From Candidatus Woesearchaeota archaeon (lineage in GTDB: Archaea > Nanobdellota > Nanobdellia > Pacearchaeales > GW2011-AR1): 48,279 bases of DNA. Positions 8,262-16,011 of this stretch are shown here, in pieces; the first letter of the stretch is position 1; each line of letters starts with the position of its first letter. The notes under the pieces were generated by a model that worked only from the letters and a program-made list of their open reading frames with translations, did not search any database and had not been told where the DNA came from. The translations under genes and the position numbers were made by a program. The DNA lies in assembly GCA_964604715.1 (NCBI GenBank), contig CAZRZR010000002.1, forward strand, positions 1 to 48,279, in the 5' to 3' direction.

Positions 8262-8729
8262 ATGATTTTTGTTATAAAGGTAACAACCAACAAGGAAGAG
8301 AAAGCAATCGAAATGATTACTGACCGTGCCAATAAAAAACAACTAAGTGTTTTTTCTGTTGTTAGGCCTCATGGGCTGCGCGGATATATTTTACTGGAAG
8401 CTGCAGATAGAGATTCAGCTGAAGAATCTGTTTTTAATCTCCCTTATGTAAAAGGCATCATTGGCAAAACTCTTGCCTACGATGAAATCAAAAATATGGT
8501 TCAACCAGAGGTTGAAGACTTTAATATTGAAATTGGAGACATAGTCGAGATGATTGCCGACTTGTTCAAAAAAGAAAAAGGAAAGGTAATTCGCGTCGAC
8601 AAACAAAAGCGAGAGGTCGTTGTATCTCTTCTTGGGGCTGCGGTTCCTATCCCAGTAACAGTTAAAATGGATAACGTAAGAGTTATAAGGCGAGAAAACG
8701 AGCCGGCAAGTGAGGAAGACAAAGAATGA
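8262..8729 (+). CDS. spt5: transcription elongation factor Spt5 (NusG)
   Basis: NGN domain MIFVIKVTTNKEEKAIEMI...GYILLEA and KOW motif IGDIVEMIADLFKKEKGKVIRVD. The internal ATG at 8262 is preceded by GAGGT. The upstream 24 codons of the track ORF overlap secE. Confidence 0.85.
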   Translation: MIFVIKVTTNKEEKAIEMITDRANKKQLSVFSVVRPHGLRGYILLEAADRDSAEESVFNLPYVKGIIGKTLAYDEIKNMVQPEVEDFNIEIGDIVEMIADLFKKEKGKVIRVDKQKREVVVSLLGAAVPIPVTVKMDNVRVIRRENEPASEEDKE

Positions 8730-9448
8730 TCGTAAAATTAATTGTTGAGGGCGGAGGCATGAAGCCAGGTCCTTCTGTAGCTCAGCAACTTGGGCCTATG
8801 GGTATCAATCTTGGAAAAGTAATTGCAGATGTAAATGCCGCTACTGCCGGATTTAAGGGCGTTAAGGTTCCTGTCGAAATCGATGTCAATCCAAAAAGCA
8901 AACAATTCACTATTAAAGTTTTCTCTCCTCCTGTTGCTGAGTTGATTAAAAAAGAACTTTCTCTTGACAAGGGTTCAGGACAACCACATGAGACTAAAGT
9001 AGGCAATCTTGCAATAGAGCAAGTCATTTTCATTGCAAAAACTAAACTACCTAACATGTTGGCTCGCGATTTGAAGGCGGCAGTAAAATTAGTGGTCGGT
9101 AGTTGCGTTTCTCTCGGTGTCTTAATTGAGGATAAAGAAGCAAAACAAGTCGAAAAAGATATTGACCTAGGAATGTACGATAAAGAAATAAAACATGAAA
9201 AAACAGATGTTAGTGCCGAGAAGAAAGCACATCTTATTCAAACATTCTCGAGTGTTAAATCTCAACAGGAAGCTAAAGCGAAGGCTGCAGAAGCTGCTAA
9301 ACTTGCAGAAGAAGCTGTTAAGGCTGCCGCACTTGCCGCTGCGCCTGCTACAGGGGCTCCAGCAACGGGAGCTGCTGCCGCACCAGGAAAAGCTCCTGAA
9401 GCTGTAGCTGCAAAGAAAGAAGAAGCTAAACCTGCAAAAAAGAAATAA
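8726..9448 (+). CDS. rpl11: ribosomal protein uL11 with ~100-aa Ala/Lys/Glu-rich C-terminal extension
   Basis: The uL11 core reads KLIVEGGGMKPGPSVAQQLGPMGINLGKVIADVNAAT...VPVEIDV. ATGA overlap with the spt5 stop. The tail AAPATGAPATGAAAAPGKAPEAVAAKKEEAKPAKKK is not part of normal ~160-aa archaeal uL11. Confidence 0.85.
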   Translation: MIVKLIVEGGGMKPGPSVAQQLGPMGINLGKVIADVNAATAGFKGVKVPVEIDVNPKSKQFTIKVFSPPVAELIKKELSLDKGSGQPHETKVGNLAIEQVIFIAKTKLPNMLARDLKAAVKLVVGSCVSLGVLIEDKEAKQVEKDIDLGMYDKEIKHEKTDVSAEKKAHLIQTFSSVKSQQEAKAKAAEAAKLAEEAVKAAALAAAPATGAPATGAAAAPGKAPEAVAAKKEEAKPAKKK

Positions 9449-9455
9449 TTTTATT

Positions 9456-9806
9456 TTACTTTCTATTAGATGTATCGCAATAGTACCAAACACTTGAACT
9501 ATCGTTCCACATATGGATACTATCAATCATTACAGGAGAGTTAGCTTCACAGTAAGCATCATGTCGTCCTTCATAACATGTTCCAACTACCGTCTCATTA
9601 TCTACCGCATAAAAATAGGTAATCTTCTGAAATTCCGGCTTTCCATCTATAACTCTACATTTAGCTATTGGAAGTTTTTCGCTATCATGTCTATAATAGT
9701 AAGTGCCGTCTTCCGAATCAGGGTTGGATGAAATGCCTTGCTTTAAAGCTGCGAAGGCTATAATAAATATAATTACTAGAAAAAAGATGATCTGTTCCTT
9801 ACGCAT
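9456..9806 (-). CDS. small N-terminally anchored Cys-containing protein, hypothetical
   Basis: MRKEQIIFFLVIIFIIAFAALKQ is a TM segment, followed by about 90 aa with 5 Cys. I shortened the track ORF (9456..9911) to the internal ATG because its first 35 codons run through tRNA-Pro. Confidence 0.55.
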   Translation of the reverse strand: MRKEQIIFFLVIIFIIAFAALKQGISSNPDSEDGTYYYRHDSEKLPIAKCRVIDGKPEFQKITYFYAVDNETVVGTCYEGRHDAYCEANSPVMIDSIHMWNDSSSVWYYCDTSNRK

Positions 9807-9881
9807 AACAATGTTAACTAAATTGCTATAAAAATTTATCTGCGAATCTTTAAATACCACCGTGGCTCGATTTTCATCAAG

Positions 9882-9955
9882 GGGCTGTGGTGCAGCTTGG
9901 TTAACATTCAAGATTTGGGATCTTGCGACCCCGGTTCAAATCCGGGCAGCCCCAT
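9882..9955 (+). tRNA. tRNA-Pro(UGG)
   Basis: GGGGCTG TG GTGC AGCTTGGTTA ACAT T CAAGA TTTGGGA TCTTG CGAC CCCGG TTCAAAT CCGGG CAGCCCC A. It has a perfect 7-bp acceptor, a 5-bp anticodon stem, a T-loop TTCAAAT and anticodon TGG. 74 nt, with no encoded CCA. Confidence 0.85.
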
Positions 9956-10010
9956 ATAAATAAATATTATTCGTATGGAGTCTAACTATTTTGTTAAAAA
10001 TATATAGGCA

Positions 10011-10020
10011 AATTTATAAG
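10011..10020 (+). promoter_or_regulatory. TATA box of methyltransferase gene
   Basis: AATTTATAAG is centred about 26 nt upstream of the ATG at 10042. Confidence 0.45.
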
Positions 10021-10041
10021 GAAGACTTTTCTTAAAATCTT

Positions 10042-10632
10042 ATGAAGGAAGAGAGAGTAAGAAAAAAATTAAATTTAGGTAGCGGATTAAATAAACTAAA
10101 AGGGTATGTAAATCTAGATTATAATAAGCAGTACAAGCCAGATGTTGTTTGGGATCTAACTAAATTTCCTCTTCCATTTAAGAATGACGAATTTGATATG
10201 ATTCTTGCAAGCCATATAATAGAGCATTTTGATAACCCTGTTAAATTAATGGAAGAATTGTGGAGGATAACTAAAGAAGGCGGAAAGATAATTGTTTATA
10301 CTCCTCACTGTTCTCATGTCTTTGCTTTTGGCGACTTGACCCATAAGTGGTATCCTAATGGGTATTCATTCGATCGTTTTGAAAATTCTCCCGGATACTA
10401 CAGCGAATTTGCAAGTTTTAAAATAAAAAAAGTAAGGTATTCTTGCATCAGACATCAAAATCGAGGCCTGATTAAAATAGTCGCTTCTCCAATAAATTTC
10501 TTACTTAATTTAAGTAGGTTTTTTACAGAGTTTGTTTTGTGTAGATTCTTACCGATCATAGAAACATATTACGAATTGGAAGTGGATAAGAGACCTCTTA
10601 ACCGAGAAAAAGACAAAAATAGCTATATTTAA
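10042..10632 (+). CDS. class I SAM-dependent methyltransferase
   Basis: Motif I-like KLNLGSGLNKLKGYVNLD, then FDMILASHIIEHF and LKEGGKIIVYTP, typical of the Methyltransf_11/23 type. Confidence 0.75.
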   Translation: MKEERVRKKLNLGSGLNKLKGYVNLDYNKQYKPDVVWDLTKFPLPFKNDEFDMILASHIIEHFDNPVKLMEELWRITKEGGKIIVYTPHCSHVFAFGDLTHKWYPNGYSFDRFENSPGYYSEFASFKIKKVRYSCIRHQNRGLIKIVASPINFLLNLSRFFTEFVLCRFLPIIETYYELEVDKRPLNREKDKNSYI

Positions 10633-10749
10633 GGATCATGAGTTCTAGCGAAAAGACTATTTGAGTCTTATAAGATGAGCCTTGGATTTTCTGAAAACCA
10701 ATGGAATAGTTTAAAAACACTCATTTTTACATCATTTCATTATAACACA

Positions 10750-10974
10750 ATGGGATCAAAGACAAAGAAGATTCAAGCATTCGGTAAATTTGGTGCAGGA
10801 TATGGCACACGAGTCAGAAATAAGTATAATCAAATAGAATCTGTACAAAGACAAAGACAAATTTGCCCTCATTGTTCTAAGGCAGGCACAAAACGCGTAG
10901 CTGCTGGAATTTGGCATTGCCCTCGATGTAAAAAAACATTCGCAAGTCACGCATACATCCTAAACGCAAGTTAG
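10750..10974 (+). CDS. rpl37ae: ribosomal protein eL43 (L37Ae)
   Basis: MGSKTKKIQAFGKFGAGYGTRVRNKYNQIE...CPHCSKAGTKRVAAGIWHCPRCKKTFASHAY has the C4 zinc ribbon of L37Ae. The upstream 25 codons of the track ORF are discarded. Confidence 0.85.
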   Translation: MGSKTKKIQAFGKFGAGYGTRVRNKYNQIESVQRQRQICPHCSKAGTKRVAAGIWHCPRCKKTFASHAYILNAS

Positions 10975-11017
10975 TTGTTAACAACAAATTTAAAAACCCA
11001 ATCATTCCCTATATTCA

Positions 11018-11155
11018 ATGGCTCAATATAAATGTTTTAAATGCGGAAAAGTTTTGACAAGTAAAATTCTTGAAAAGCGTTTCGTTTGCCCTGCGTGCAA
11101 TTCTAAAATCTTTTACAAACCACGTAAGCACGTTGTGAAGATTAAGGCAGTATGA
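11018..11155 (+). CDS. rpoP: DNA-directed RNA polymerase subunit P (Rpo12); small ORF absent from the supplied track
   Basis: My translation is MAQYKCFKCGKVLTSKILEKRFVCPACNSKIFYKPRKHVVKIKAV, 45 aa, with a CxxC...CxxC ribbon. It sits in the conserved archaeal rpl37ae-rpoP-pfdB order. ATGA overlap with the prefoldin start. Confidence 0.8.
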   Translation: MAQYKCFKCGKVLTSKILEKRFVCPACNSKIFYKPRKHVVKIKAV

Positions 11156-11481
11156 GTTCTCAAGATACGACCATAAGAGAGCTTCAATTTCTTGAAAATA
11201 ACCTCCAGCAAATACTTATGCAAAAACAATCTCTAGAAATAGAGCTTAACGAGGCATCTAATGCACTAAAAGAATTAGAAAAATCGCCTGACGAGGTGTA
11301 TAAAGTGATAGGAAATATCATGCTTCGCACCAATAAGTCTGATCTTAAGAAGGAACTTGAAGAGAAAAAACGCATCATCGGATTACATGTTAGTGCTACG
11401 GAGAAACAAGAGGCATTAATTGAAATGAAAGTGTCTGAATTGCGTAAAAAGCCGTCGTCATCGCATAATGAAATAAAGTAG
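11152..11481 (+). CDS. pfdB: prefoldin beta subunit
   Basis: 109 aa, with two coiled-coil arms (LQFLENNLQQILMQKQSLEIELNEASNALKELEK ... EKQEALIEMKVSELRKK) flanking VYKVIGNIMLRT. Operon context fits. Confidence 0.8.
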   Translation: MSSQDTTIRELQFLENNLQQILMQKQSLEIELNEASNALKELEKSPDEVYKVIGNIMLRTNKSDLKKELEEKKRIIGLHVSATEKQEALIEMKVSELRKKPSSSHNEIK

Positions 11482-11506
11482 ATTATGTAGAGAATCAAGC
11501 ACGATA

Positions 11507-11517
11507 ATATTTATAAA
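11507..11517 (+). promoter_or_regulatory. TATA box of sepF
   Basis: ATATTTATAAA is centred about 26 nt upstream of the ATG at 11539. Confidence 0.45.
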
Positions 11518-11538
11518 CTGTATAACGTTCCATCTCCT

Positions 11539-11922
11539 ATGGCATTCAGCTTAAAAAAGATGTTCGGAAAAGAAGGTGGACAAGAAGACTACCTTGAAAT
11601 TGATGTTGGTCAAGCTCAAGAAGTTAAAAGCAAAGTTATTGTTCGACCATTTGTACTTAAACAGTACGATGACATTACAGAAATTCTTAACTCATTAAGA
11701 GAAGGGTACACTATTGCAGTTATTGATATAAAGACAATCAAGTCTAAGGATGTTATTGAATTAAAGCGCGCTATCGCTAAGATAAAGAAAACAGTCGAAG
11801 CAATGGAAGGATCTATTGCAGGCTTTGGCGAGAATACAATTATAGCGACTCCTCCATTTGCAGAAGTGCATAAGGCTCAAGACAAGGCAATGCCTAAGAA
11901 AGATAGTTTAGAGCTATATTAA
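11539..11922 (+). CDS. sepF: SepF-like cell division protein (FtsZ membrane anchor)
   Basis: 127 aa. An N-terminal amphipathic MAFSLKKMFGK is followed by DYLEIDV...VIVRPFVLKQYDDITEILNSLREGYTIAVIDIKTI...IAGFGENTIIATP, the SepF/DUF552 pattern. Confidence 0.72.
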   Translation: MAFSLKKMFGKEGGQEDYLEIDVGQAQEVKSKVIVRPFVLKQYDDITEILNSLREGYTIAVIDIKTIKSKDVIELKRAIAKIKKTVEAMEGSIAGFGENTIIATPPFAEVHKAQDKAMPKKDSLELY

Positions 11923-11991
11923 CGTTCTTTAGCCTGGTTTATTTTCATACTTTTCTTTAAGACGGTAGTCTATTAATTTCTCTACTGCCTA

Positions 11992-12369
11992 TTATCTTCT
12001 AGCCAGCGAGAATAAACTCTTTATTGCAACCACTATTGTTGCAGGCACGAGTAAAACGAGAAGCCCTGCAAGAGTGGAAGAGACTAGCGTACCGATACTA
12101 ATTCCTATAATTTGAACGCCTGCAATGCCCTGTTGACCTGCAAAGCTCACAATAACAAGAGATACTGCTATCATCAAGAACGTTGAGCCTTTGTTCTCGC
12201 TTACGTCAACAAAAAATCCTGCAACTAAACCAATTATGGCCAGAAGGGCCAATATAAGAGGGTTAACCGAATATCCAAAGCTGAGTATCACACCACCAAC
12301 AATCGCGACGATAACGCCGATAAGAAAGGCCCAAGCGCCCACAATGTTCTCTTTAGCCCTAATAACCAT
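11992..12369 (-). CDS. small polytopic membrane protein, hypothetical
   Basis: 125 aa with about 4 hydrophobic helices rich in Gly/Ile/Val. GGAAGGAAG precedes the ATG. Confidence 0.6.
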   Translation of the reverse strand: MVIRAKENIVGAWAFLIGVIVAIVGGVILSFGYSVNPLILALLAIIGLVAGFFVDVSENKGSTFLMIAVSLVIVSFAGQQGIAGVQIIGISIGTLVSSTLAGLLVLLVPATIVVAIKSLFSLARR

Positions 12370-12431
12370 CTTCCTTCCTAGGCGAGAGAATTATATAAAG
12401 ATTCTCCTCGATAAAATAACTTACATCGAAA

Positions 12432-12442
12432 GATTTATAAAG
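12432..12442 (+). promoter_or_regulatory. TATA box of surface-protein/archaeosortase unit
   Basis: GATTTATAAAG lies about 29 nt upstream of the ATG at 12466. Confidence 0.4.
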
Positions 12443-12465
12443 TAGTGTAATTGTCAAGTTACAAC

Positions 12466-14115
12466 ATGAAAAGATCAGTCAGCTTATTACTTTTGACTTT
12501 TGTACTATCCTTAGCTCTAGTTTCCACAATGGTAATTGCAGTAGATACATCATCTTTGATTCTAACTGCCTCAGACTCTCATATAGTAATTGGTCAAAAT
12601 ACAAGCCTTACACTGACTAATGTTAACAGCTCGGCCGCAGTTACTTCTATCTTTTTCACCACAACTGGCTCAAGTGGCGGATTTAATCTTAAATTTACAC
12701 CTTCAACAATCTCAACGCTAGATGCTAACACTGCTCAAACAATAAATATCACTCCTATTAATATAAACGGTCTTTCATTCGGTAATCACGAAATAACTGT
12801 AAACGCGGTAGGTAATATTTCTGGCAGTCAAACAGTGCAGACTTCTGTGCCTTTAACCCTTGATAAAGGATTATGTGAAGCTGGACCACGCGGAACAAAT
12901 CTTACGTTATCCCGAGTTAAAATAAGAAGCAGTGGCGATAAAGATGAAGAATGGAAACTTCTTGACACTGTAGAAGTTGAAGTAAAAGTAGAAGATCGTG
13001 GTGAAGATATAAATGACGTATTCGTTGACCTTGTATTATATGATGGCTCAGGAAATGACGTTACTGGAAGCCTTGAATTCTCGAATGCTGATGAAGACCA
13101 AATTGAATTGGGCGACTTTGGACACAATGATGATGATACTGCAACATTTGAATTCCAAGTTCCTGCAGACTTTGACACTGGAAGTTATAAACTAGCTGTG
13201 AAGGCCTACTCTGATGGAAACGAAGACAAGGATTGTATAGACTCTTCAGGCAACCTTAACAATCGCATTTTCCAATCAATAAGCGTTAAACAGGAAAACG
13301 ATGATGACAAGCTTATCACAATCGATAATGTGCATTTACCAAGCGAAACAACCTGCGCAGAATCAGCATCAGGATCATTTGAAGTCTTCAATGTTGGAGA
13401 TAAAGATCAAGACCAAGTAAGAATCACAATGTTCAACAAAGAGCTTGGGCTTAATCAAGAATTTGAAATCAGAAACAATCTAGACAGAGGAGATAGCGAA
13501 GTCATAGACTTTACTCTAGACTTACCTAGCAATATGCAGAATAAGAAATATCCTATTATGTTTAGAGCGGAATATGGCTATCGAAATGGAAACTATCAAG
13601 ATCGTTCCGATGATCTTACCAGGGGAAGTCTCAATATAATCGGTTGTGCTAGTTCAGGATCTGGTTCAAACACAGGATCAGGAAACTTGAATGATGTTGA
13701 TATCAGTCCAACTCTAAAGTCTTCTGCTCAAGCAGGCTCAAAGCTTGTAGTCGACGCGATAATCACCAATACAGGTTCGCAGCCAGTTACTCTTGCACTC
13801 GATGCTTCAGGATATCAATCATGGGCAAAACTTGATTCTGTATCGAGTAGAACATTATCCTTAGACTCAGGAGACAGCCAGACAGTTACTTTCACTTTCA
13901 CTGTAGATGACACTGCCGCAGGAGCTCAATCATTCACTCTTCAAGCTAGAGGCAATGGAGATTCAATCTCTCAACCTGTAGAAGTTAACCTTGAATCAAA
14001 ATCAAGTGGATTCAGTTTCAGTGGAAATGCAAGCCTCTTGTGGATAATCGGAATAATCAATGTAGTTTTGATTGTGCTTATCATTATTGTTGCAGTACGT
14101 TTATCACGCAGATAA
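12466..14115 (+). CDS. secreted cell-surface protein with beta-sandwich (CARDB-like) repeats and C-terminal TM + basic tail
   Basis: Signal peptide MKRSVSLLLLTFVLSLALVSTMVIA. Repeated patterns of the form VEVKVEDRGEDINDVFVDLVLYD / FEVFNVGDKDQDQVRITMF / AIITNTGSQPVTLALDAS. The extreme C-terminus is SGFSFSGNASLLWIIGIINVVLIVLIIIVAVRLSRR. Confidence 0.8.
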   Translation: MKRSVSLLLLTFVLSLALVSTMVIAVDTSSLILTASDSHIVIGQNTSLTLTNVNSSAAVTSIFFTTTGSSGGFNLKFTPSTISTLDANTAQTINITPININGLSFGNHEITVNAVGNISGSQTVQTSVPLTLDKGLCEAGPRGTNLTLSRVKIRSSGDKDEEWKLLDTVEVEVKVEDRGEDINDVFVDLVLYDGSGNDVTGSLEFSNADEDQIELGDFGHNDDDTATFEFQVPADFDTGSYKLAVKAYSDGNEDKDCIDSSGNLNNRIFQSISVKQENDDDKLITIDNVHLPSETTCAESASGSFEVFNVGDKDQDQVRITMFNKELGLNQEFEIRNNLDRGDSEVIDFTLDLPSNMQNKKYPIMFRAEYGYRNGNYQDRSDDLTRGSLNIIGCASSGSGSNTGSGNLNDVDISPTLKSSAQAGSKLVVDAIITNTGSQPVTLALDASGYQSWAKLDSVSSRTLSLDSGDSQTVTFTFTVDDTAAGAQSFTLQARGNGDSISQPVEVNLESKSSGFSFSGNASLLWIIGIINVVLIVLIIIVAVRLSRR

Positions 14116-14149
14116 ACACCTTTTTTAACTATCCTTTAGTGGATGAGTA

Positions 14150-14689
14150 ATGAATAAACACTATCTTAGTTCATTAGGTTTAAGATATGGATTGCTTATT
14201 CTTATAGGTATCCTCAACCTTATATTAAGCGAGAAAGGCCTGTTCTATGTTATATTTACTCCACTTACCGTTTATCCTTCCTATTTCTTTTTGCATTTTA
14301 TGTATGATGCAACTATGATCTCCTCCTCAGTATTGTTTTTTAAGGGATATTACGCGACAATTATTCCAGCATGTATCGCCGGTTCAGCCTATTATTTATT
14401 GCTTATCCTTGCAATGGCTACACCAATGAACCGTATAAAGCGTCTAGAAGTAATCACGTTCGTTTTTGCACTCTTCCTCAGTCTAAATATATTTCGTATT
14501 GTTTTTTTTAGTTCTCTTCTCTTTACCGGTTATACCTACTTTGACTTCGCCCATAGGGCTATATGGTACTTTGGCAGCACTATTCTTGTCGCGCTATTAT
14601 GGTTTGCTACAGTCTTTTCTTTTAGTATAAAAGAAGTTCCATTTTACAGCGACGTCAAAAAGTTGATAAAAGAAATATATTCTAAGTAA
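14150..14689 (+). CDS. short exosortase/archaeosortase-family protein (putative)
   Basis: 179 aa and polytopic. It has spaced Cys/Arg/His motifs resembling the family's catalytic triad context: IIPACIAGSAYY, SLNIFRIVFF and FAHRAIWYFGS. It lies 35 nt downstream of a protein with a sortase-type C-terminal tripartite signal. Confidence 0.6.
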   Translation: MNKHYLSSLGLRYGLLILIGILNLILSEKGLFYVIFTPLTVYPSYFFLHFMYDATMISSSVLFFKGYYATIIPACIAGSAYYLLLILAMATPMNRIKRLEVITFVFALFLSLNIFRIVFFSSLLFTGYTYFDFAHRAIWYFGSTILVALLWFATVFSFSIKEVPFYSDVKKLIKEIYSK

Positions 14690-15356
14690 GTAACTGGCTC
14701 GCTGCAGTCGTAGCATTACGTGCATTAAGGATAGATTCTAACTTAAACTTCTCTACAGCTTCTTGTACTTTGCAATCAGGTCCAATAATTATCTGATGGC
14801 AATTACCGTTTACATGTATTTTTGTTTCGTCTCCGCCCTTTAGTTCAATTACTTCTACAGTAGGGGATAGATTACTACAGGAATAATGGGTTTGATTTGT
14901 TATACGTGCTTCTGTTTCGTTCATTAATCCGTTAAAGACTTTGATTTGATTTTGAGTCAAAAAGAGCCCTAGATCTACAACTGCCTGGGTACTATCATTG
15001 CAAGTATTAGGGTAACTTGAGTCAAACGTCATGTAAGCATATGCCTTCTCAAACAGCACAGGATCACCTTCCACAGTTACATTATTAGTTCTAGGGTCAT
15101 GCCTCAAGTACAGATTGAACTGTACGGGTTGCCCAATTTTATTTTTAAAATAATAGTAATAATGGTAGACCGTAAGTTTATCAAATCTCTCTTTAGTGAA
15201 TTCTAGTCCGCGATAGTTAAAATGGCTTAATGATTTGAAGTAAGCTCCCGCAATCCAGTAAATTAAAATAAGTATTGCAATAAAACCTACTACTTTGAGT
15301 ATATCTTTTTCAAGTATTTTCTCTGTTTTAGTAGCTTTAGTTACCGTCGGTTTCAT
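14682..15356 (-). CDS. N-terminally anchored extracytoplasmic protein, hypothetical
   Basis: 224 aa with TM VVGFIAILILIYWIAGAYF and an ectodomain with 4 Cys and N-x-S/T sequons. The stop overlaps the convergent archaeosortase stop by 8 nt. Confidence 0.65.
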   Translation of the reverse strand: MKPTVTKATKTEKILEKDILKVVGFIAILILIYWIAGAYFKSLSHFNYRGLEFTKERFDKLTVYHYYYYFKNKIGQPVQFNLYLRHDPRTNNVTVEGDPVLFEKAYAYMTFDSSYPNTCNDSTQAVVDLGLFLTQNQIKVFNGLMNETEARITNQTHYSCSNLSPTVEVIELKGGDETKIHVNGNCHQIIIGPDCKVQEAVEKFKLESILNARNATTAASQLLT

Positions 15357-15391
15357 ACGCTATAAGGTATCATTCGACTTTTAAACTTTTC

Positions 15392-15928
15392 CTAACTTAT
15401 TCCGAAGAATCTATAGAGGAATGCTTCTACAGCTAATGAATCTCCATCGATAAATACGCACGAATCATTAACATATACTCTGTTTGTCTTACTTGGAGTC
15501 CAAACGATAAGTACATCTGCGCATGTTTTTTCAGGCAAGCTCTGATCTTCACATGCCCCGTAGCAAGCTTGTTGTACTCTCTCTGCCTGGGTGCTTGCTG
15601 CTGCGGCAATCTGCTGAAAAACAGCAATGTCGCTTGCAGCAATATATACAGGTTTGTTTACATAGTCCTGGCCAGAGAAACTGCCTTCTATGGGCACTTG
15701 GCGAGTTTCATTAGTAGAGTGAATAAAACTGAATTGTACACCATTAGCGTTCACTATATGCGAGGAATCTTCTAAGTTCGTAGACCCAACACTATCTTTT
15801 GAGCCTATAAGTGAAAGAGCATAACCAAGGACGCTTCCAAACATAAGCAATACAAGTAAGACTCCTAGAATAACTTGCTTTCTCTTCTGTCCTTCTTCGC
15901 GCGAGCTTTCATTGCCTATTCGTTTCAT
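15392..15928 (-). CDS. N-terminally anchored extracytoplasmic protein, hypothetical
   Basis: 178 aa with TM VILGVLLVLLMFGSVLGYALSLIG, followed by a Cys-containing domain. It lies directly downstream of the S-layer gene. Confidence 0.65.
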   Translation of the reverse strand: MKRIGNESSREEGQKRKQVILGVLLVLLMFGSVLGYALSLIGSKDSVGSTNLEDSSHIVNANGVQFSFIHSTNETRQVPIEGSFSGQDYVNKPVYIAASDIAVFQQIAAAASTQAERVQQACYGACEDQSLPEKTCADVLIVWTPSKTNRVYVNDSCVFIDGDSLAVEAFLYRFFGIS

Positions 15929-15971
15929 CTAAAAACTTAGAGTTAAGCATTAAAAAAGCTTACGCTAAGAG

Positions 15972-16006
15972 ATAAAAAATAAAAGAAAAAGAAAAAAAAC
16001 AAAAAT
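15972..16006 (-). terminator. oligo-T terminator region after S-layer gene
   Basis: On the minus strand, just after the stop at 16012: TTTTTGTTTTTTTTCTTTTTCTTTTATTTTTT. Confidence 0.45.
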
Positions 16007-16011
16007 TGTCT

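Noticed and set aside
9167-9526. ORFs 9167..9526(-) and 9195..9407(+), overlapping the rpl11 tail.
   Set aside because: They are products of the low-complexity GCT/GCA/AAG-rich region read in other frames. The composition is Cys/Ser/Phe or Leu/Lys-rich with no independent signals.
9807-9911. N-terminal 35 codons of track ORF 9456..9911.
   Set aside because: This part runs through tRNA-Pro (9882-9955). An internal ATG at 9806 directly precedes the TM helix.
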